A DNA stretch of 32,000 nt from Vibrio vulnificus CMCP6 (GTDB lineage Bacteria > Pseudomonadota > Gammaproteobacteria > Enterobacterales > Vibrionaceae). The stretch's first letter is position 1; the number at the start of each line of letters is the position of its first letter. Of the stretch, positions 27,351 through 32,000 are shown piece after piece. Under the pieces are notes generated by a model that made no database searches, was not told where the DNA came from, and was given only the letters and a program-made list of their open reading frames with translations. The stretch covers positions 630,001 through 662,000 of the forward strand of contig NC_004460.2 of assembly GCF_000039765.1 (NCBI RefSeq). Reading direction: 5' to 3'. The position numbers were made by a program, and so were the translations under genes.

Positions 27351-28292
27351 ATGAAAATTGCAATGATTGGCTTAGGGGATATTGCGCAGAAAGCGTATTT
27401 GCCCGTGATCACTCAAATGGCGGATATCGAGCCGGTGCTCTGCACACGCGATGGCGCGCTGCTTGAACAATTGGCCAAACAATACCGAATTGCGGAATAT
27501 TGTAGTGATTACCGTCAGCTCACCAAAATGGGCATTGATGCGGTAATGATTCACGCGGCTACCAGCGTGCACGCCGACATTGCAGGCTATTTTCTTAAGC
27601 AGGGCATCCCAACGTTTGTCGACAAGCCACTGGCAGACAACGCTCACGATGTTGAAACGCTGTATGAAATCGCTCATCAGCACGGTCAGCCTCTGTATGT
27701 CGGGTTTAACCGTCGTCATATTCCACTCTTCAATCAAACCATCCCTGAACTCGACACCACAAATAGAGTAGGCAAGGGATTTGAGGCGCTGCGTTCGCTG
27801 CGCTGGGAAAAACATCGCCTCGATCTTCCAGGTGAGCTGCGTACTTTTCTGTTTGATGATTTCATCCACCCTCTCGACAGCGTGAATCTCAGTCGCCAAG
27901 CCGATCTGCAAGATGTTTACCTAACCTACCAAATGGCGGGCACTCAACTCGCACGAGTGGATGTGCAATGGCAAGCTGGAGAAACCTTGTTACACGCGTC
28001 GATGAACCGTCAGTTTGGCGTCACCACAGAACGTGTGGCGGCTAGCTACCAAAACCGCGCCGTTGAATTTGACTCATTTTGTGAAGGCCACCTTTGGCAG
28101 CAAGGCCAGCAAACCAAATTGGCGTTAAAAGATTGGACACCAATGCTCACCAGTAAAGGCTTTACACCGATGCTTGGAGATTGGGTCAAGGTGGTGGAAC
28201 GTGGTCAACTGGCCAGTGAGATTGTGGAACGGAATATCGCTAGCCATCAATTGGCAGAGGCGATCTACCAAAAGATCGCCAAAGCGTTGTAA
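27351..28292 (+). CDS. Gfo/Idh/MocA family oxidoreductase
   Basis: 313 aa; MKIAMIGLGDIAQKAYLPVI, GIDAVMIHAATSVHADIAGYFLKQGIPTFVDKPLADN (conserved EKP/DKP-type motif). Confidence 0.9.
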   Translation: MKIAMIGLGDIAQKAYLPVITQMADIEPVLCTRDGALLEQLAKQYRIAEYCSDYRQLTKMGIDAVMIHAATSVHADIAGYFLKQGIPTFVDKPLADNAHDVETLYEIAHQHGQPLYVGFNRRHIPLFNQTIPELDTTNRVGKGFEALRSLRWEKHRLDLPGELRTFLFDDFIHPLDSVNLSRQADLQDVYLTYQMAGTQLARVDVQWQAGETLLHASMNRQFGVTTERVAASYQNRAVEFDSFCEGHLWQQGQQTKLALKDWTPMLTSKGFTPMLGDWVKVVERGQLASEIVERNIASHQLAEAIYQKIAKAL

Positions 28293-28372
28293 CACGCGTA
28301 CACGCTAAAGTCTGCTGACCCTATGAATCTGCGGCGATCGTATCGCCGCCTTAACGTGCGGAAATCTCGCCT

Positions 28373-29002
28373 TTACTTACCGTGCTCTTCACTCACCGCA
28401 TAATGACTTAAAAACAGTGCTGCGGTGTTTTTTGCCAGTGCTTCTCCTTGCTCAGCCGTGAGCGGTTCGGCGCTGCCAATAAGCTGCGGCCAAAAGGCGC
28501 TGCCTTTGATCAAACTGTGAAGCTGGGTTCGAGCGAGTTCCACGCTCTCTAGCTTCAAACGACCTTTTTTATCTTGCTCTGCTAGCCACGTGTAGAGTGC
28601 GGTGTCTTGTTTTGACATGCTGCTGGTTTGCGCTTTCAGCTCTTCTGGCTTAAACAAGAAATGGCCTAATGCCACCTTCGCCATATCCAAATAACTGGGC
28701 TGAGCAATCACATTGATTTCTTGGCACAGCAAACTCACCAGTTGTTCCTGCAAAGGTCGTTTACTGAGCGCAACCAACTCATCCTCCGTGATCGTGCTCT
28801 TCCATAAAACGGATAGCAGCTCCATCACCAAGGCTTCTTTTGAGGAAAAATGGTTATAAACGGTTCGTTTCGACACCCCTGCTAACGCAGCCAGTTTATC
28901 CATACTGGTGTTTTGTACACCAAATTCCAAAAACGCTTGTTTAGCCGCCGTGAGTATCGCCTCTCGCTTTTCTTCACTTCGCGTCTTTTTCTTTTCAATC
29001 AT
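28373..29002 (-). CDS. TetR-family transcriptional regulator
   Basis: 209 aa; REAILTAAKQAFLEFGVQNTSMDKLAALAGVSKRTVYNHFSSKEALVMEL. Confidence 0.94.
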   Translation of the reverse strand: MIEKKKTRSEEKREAILTAAKQAFLEFGVQNTSMDKLAALAGVSKRTVYNHFSSKEALVMELLSVLWKSTITEDELVALSKRPLQEQLVSLLCQEINVIAQPSYLDMAKVALGHFLFKPEELKAQTSSMSKQDTALYTWLAEQDKKGRLKLESVELARTQLHSLIKGSAFWPQLIGSAEPLTAEQGEALAKNTAALFLSHYAVSEEHGK

Positions 29003-29070
29003 GGTGTTACTGCTCAGGTTGTCGAAAGATGTGATTATTTTACACCAAGTAGTTTACTTTTCACGCCCAA

Positions 29071-29099
29071 AATGTAAACTACACCGAGTAGTTTACATT
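29071..29099. promoter_or_regulatory. Putative TetR operator
   Basis: Perfect 12-bp inverted repeat AATGTAAACTAC-ACCGA-GTAGTTTACATT between the divergent tetR and MBL genes; extra half-site GTAGTTTAC at 29049-29057. Confidence 0.75.
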
Positions 29100-29140
29100 A
29101 AATCACTCTCTTTTGTGGTGAGAAGGACGATGAAAACACA

Positions 29141-30214
29141 ATGAACAAACGACTTATCAAAATCACTTTTTTGACTGTGTTAGGAGCTATTGCCATGAGT
29201 TCGATCTTCACCGCCTGCTCGACTGCTGAGGCAGAGAAATCCCTTTATCCAAAGACATTTCGTAATAGTGACCCCAATTTCAATGGCGGTTCTGACCTCT
29301 TTGAAATCGTCAAAGCGTACTTCACGACGAAACGAGCTTTACCGAAACCCACATTTGCACTGCCAGTGCATAGCATCACGACGGAACAGTTGCTTGAGGA
29401 GCAGCAAGATGTGCTCTATCGTCTTGGTCACTCAAGTGTGCTGATGAAGTTGGACGGTCAATTGGTAATGACGGATCCGGTATTCAGTAAACGCGCCTCA
29501 CCTGTACAGTTTTTTGGCCCTGCCCGCTTTCACCCAACTCCAATTGAGCTCGATGGGCTGCCAAACATCGATGTGGTTCTCATTAGTCATGACCACTATG
29601 ATCATCTCGACAAAAACACGGTCAAAACCCTGGCGAGCAAAGTGGGCGTTTTTCTTGTGCCATTGAAAGTGGGCGTGATCTTGCAAGAATGGGGCGTGGA
29701 CAAGCACAAAATCGTTGAGTTTAATTGGTGGGAAAGCCACGTAGTCAACGGAACTGAGTACGTGTTCACGCCTACCCAGCACTTTTCAGGCCGAGGATTA
29801 ACCGACAGTAACAGCACCTTGTGGGGAAGTTGGGTCATTCGTGGCCGTGAGAAAAACCTCTTCTTCAGTGGTGACTCTGGCTACTTTGATGGGTTCAAAA
29901 CCATTGGGGAAAAATACGGCCCGTTCGACCTCACCATGATCGAAACTGGCGCGTACAACAGTTTGTGGTCGAACATTCACATGTTCCCTGAAGAGAGCGT
30001 TCAAGCGCATCTTGATTTGCAAGGCCAGAAAATGATGCCGATTCACAACAGTACCTTTGATTTAGCAATGCACGATTGGCATGAACCGATGGAAAAAGCG
30101 CGACAGATCAGCGAAGAAAAAGGCGTGACGATGATCAGCCCAGAGATTGGTCAGCGCCTTGTGCTTAATGAAGAATCACCACTCAAACCCTGGTGGTTAG
30201 AAGATAACGGCTAA
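29141..30214 (+). CDS. MBL-fold metallohydrolase lipoprotein (NAPE-PLD/UlaG-like)
   Basis: 357 aa; lipobox-like FTAC, VVLISHDHYDHLD metal motif, LFFSGDSGYFDGF. Confidence 0.88.
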   Translation: MNKRLIKITFLTVLGAIAMSSIFTACSTAEAEKSLYPKTFRNSDPNFNGGSDLFEIVKAYFTTKRALPKPTFALPVHSITTEQLLEEQQDVLYRLGHSSVLMKLDGQLVMTDPVFSKRASPVQFFGPARFHPTPIELDGLPNIDVVLISHDHYDHLDKNTVKTLASKVGVFLVPLKVGVILQEWGVDKHKIVEFNWWESHVVNGTEYVFTPTQHFSGRGLTDSNSTLWGSWVIRGREKNLFFSGDSGYFDGFKTIGEKYGPFDLTMIETGAYNSLWSNIHMFPEESVQAHLDLQGQKMMPIHNSTFDLAMHDWHEPMEKARQISEEKGVTMISPEIGQRLVLNEESPLKPWWLEDNG

Positions 30215-30337
30215 AGCCACACATGGAGGATGCAGGCACACGCGACCAAAGTGACTGCATCGCACCTTAGCCAGCATGCCAAGCGTAAGCAGGGAGTGCT
30301 AGGCGTACCAAGCCTCTCTGAAACGCCTTGTATGCCA

Positions 30338-30826
30338 TTATTCTTCAGTAACTTTTTCAAATAAGCCTAATACATCAAAAGGCTTTGAAAAAAAGTCATT
30401 CGACAAAATAAACGCTTTGGATTCTTGGTCTAGTGATTCAAAGTTGACTTTTTGAGAATGGTCTACACTAAACGTCAATTTTTCAGTTGATTTTATTAGA
30501 TTGATTGTTGTTTCTCTAGAAGAGTTGCTTTTCACATAAAGCAGTACATAGGCCAAATTTTTCTTTTGCTCCAACGTGCATTTTTCCATCGCCAAATAAT
30601 TTACGTAGGGCAATATTGAAAAGAAAGAATCCGATTTATCTTTTAAGTATGAAATCGTACTTTCACTTGGCTTGTTTTCTAACGCTATTTTTCTACAATG
30701 CTCAATTTTTTCACCTAAGGTTGAAATTGATAAATTCAAGTCAGAATACATTTGATCTTCTATATCCGCTTTTGCAAAAAACGGCAAAAACATCAATAAA
30801 AAACCCAAAAACAAAACATTCCTCAT
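30338..30826 (-). CDS. Hypothetical exported protein, 162 aa
   Basis: Clear signal peptide MRNVLFLGFLLMFLPFFAKA; no recognised family. Confidence 0.6.
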   Translation of the reverse strand: MRNVLFLGFLLMFLPFFAKADIEDQMYSDLNLSISTLGEKIEHCRKIALENKPSESTISYLKDKSDSFFSILPYVNYLAMEKCTLEQKKNLAYVLLYVKSNSSRETTINLIKSTEKLTFSVDHSQKVNFESLDQESKAFILSNDFFSKPFDVLGLFEKVTEE

Positions 30827-31197
30827 AGTTTACACCCATCAGAAATAGCTTTCCAAAATCTGTATTGCTTCCTATCAGAAGTGTGAATTACTGCTTGATA
30901 AGTCGCTATATCATATATTTGATTTAACTTAATCGTTTCAAGTTCACGGTTCGATTTTGTTTATTTATTCTTATACATCACAGTTCGAAACACAGATATT
31001 TTTCTGATATAAACTGAACCACTTACATCTTAAATAAACTCACATCAAATACTTTGAATATAAAAATACCACATTGCTATCTAATTAATAGATTTCATTA
31101 ATGATAAATTATATTCAAGATCTCACATCGAAAACTATAACTACAACAGCTGGACACTTTTCCATTTAATATATCCTCTATAAATTTTGAGGATAAT

Positions 31198-31362
31198 ATG
31201 TTACTACACTTTAAGGGTGATTATTTGTTAATAAATGCGAATGCGATCGTAAATGCACTTTATTGCATAAATTGCACCTCAACCACCGATAACCTGACCA
31301 ACAAGCCACACAGTGTGGCTTGTTGCGTTTTCTGCACGCAACAAATCGTTGACTTACTTTGA
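31198..31362 (+). CDS. Candidate 54-aa Cys-rich small protein or leader peptide upstream of dmeF
   Basis: GAGG at 31189-31192, ATG at 31198, MLLHFKGDYLLINANAIVNALYCINCTSTTDNLTNKPHSVACCVFCTQQIVDLL; below the track's cutoff. Confidence 0.35.
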   Translation: MLLHFKGDYLLINANAIVNALYCINCTSTTDNLTNKPHSVACCVFCTQQIVDLL

Positions 31363-31420
31363 CAATCAAACTAAATTGATTTTCAAATATTTTGACTATC
31401 AAACAAATGGATTTTCTTTT

Positions 31421-32000
31421 ATGTCTGCTTGCTCTCAAAGCCACCGATTTACCACACACAATCAACAGGGTGAAAAACGCACTTTTTACGTTCTTTTACT
31501 CACCCTTTTTACAATGGTGGCGGAAATTGTTGCGGGTACCCTTTACGGCTCCATGGCACTACTGGCTGACGGTTGGCACATGGGGACGCACGCGGCGGCC
31601 TTTTGCATCACCCTCTTTGCGTATCGCTATGCGAAAAAACACGCGCACAGTGCTCGTTTCTCTTTTGGCACGGGGAAAGTCAGCGTGCTTGGTGGTTTTA
31701 CCAGCGCGATTGCTTTAGGAATCGTCGCCTTGCTGATGGTGGTGGAATCGGTTCACCGCCTGTTTAATCCTGAAAGTATTCAATTTAATGAAGCGATCTT
31801 GGTGGCAGTGGTTGGATTATCCGTCAATGTCGCCAGTATGTTCTTGCTGCATGATCACCATCATCACGATCACGGCGATCATCATCATGACCATCACCAC
31901 GAACATGCGCATGAGCACCATCACGACCACAATCTGCGCGCCGCTTATCTTCATGTTTTGGCGGATGCCCTCACTTCAATCTTGGCCATTGCGGCCCTCA
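31421..32000 (+). CDS. dmeF: CDF-family Co/Ni-type cation efflux transporter, His-rich (truncated by the window end)
   Basis: MSACSQSHRFTTHNQQGEKRTFYVLLLTLFTMVAEIVAGTLYGSMALLADGWHMGTHAAAF..., His-rich loop HDHHHHDHGDHHHDHHHEHAHEHHHDH. ATG at 31421 rather than the track's 31392. Confidence 0.9.
   Translation, partial: MSACSQSHRFTTHNQQGEKRTFYVLLLTLFTMVAEIVAGTLYGSMALLADGWHMGTHAAAFCITLFAYRYAKKHAHSARFSFGTGKVSVLGGFTSAIALGIVALLMVVESVHRLFNPESIQFNEAILVAVVGLSVNVASMFLLHDHHHHDHGDHHHDHHHEHAHEHHHDHNLRAAYLHVLADALTSILAIAAL

Noticed and set aside
28331-28349. GCGGCGAT-CGT-ATCGCCGC as a clear terminator between the convergent oxidoreductase and tetR genes
   Set aside because: The stem is good but neither strand has a U tract, so I did not list it as a confident terminator.
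31211-31465. 84-aa minus-strand track ORF
   Set aside because: It lies antisense to the dmeF leader, runs through the hairpin and the palindrome array, and overlaps the start of dmeF.
31819-31938. Repeated cat/cac-rich tract near the right edge as a satellite repeat or CRISPR-like array
   Set aside because: It is in frame within dmeF and encodes the His-rich metal-binding loop typical of this transporter family.
1-32000. tRNA/rRNA genes, transposases, prophage or CRISPR arrays
   Set aside because: None seen on reading both strands; the only mobile-type sequence noted is the ERIC element and its possible fragment.

Overview
The window is a Vibrio-like chromosomal segment (genus inferred from gene content and an ERIC-type repeat; no database was searched). 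Recognisable genes are: OhrR/Ohr peroxide resistance, two general porins, a membrane thioredoxin, two GGDEF/EAL proteins, an EamA transporter, a CxxC/glutaredoxin tandem protein, a Bcr/CflA-type MFS transporter with a divergent LysR regulator, an HlyD/ABC-2 export operon with a Gfo/Idh oxidoreductase, a TetR/metallo-beta-lactamase-fold lipoprotein pair, and a DmeF-type cation exporter cut by the window end. From 13975 to 24050 lies a compact module (RidA, lactonase, GH20 hexosaminidase, sodium:solute symporter, a second RidA, D-aminoacylase, divergent D-amino-acid deaminase-like enzyme, RpiR regulator) that looks like a catabolic system for N-acylated D-amino acid substrates. The strongest non-coding signal is an unannotated candidate sigma-54-dependent small RNA at about 7063-7163. 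It has a -24/-12 element, three upstream CACCATG repeats, a 5' hairpin at the predicted start site, an exposed UCCUCCU anti-Shine-Dalgarno tract and an intrinsic terminator. Other second-look items are a 54-aa Cys-rich small ORF and an evenly spaced TTGA-N3-TCAA operator-like array before dmeF, a hairpin in nearly every intergenic gap of the D-amino acid operon, and paired operator-like repeats at ohrR/ohr and tetR. All calls come from reading the sequence and the supplied ORF track; no alignments or folding programs were run.
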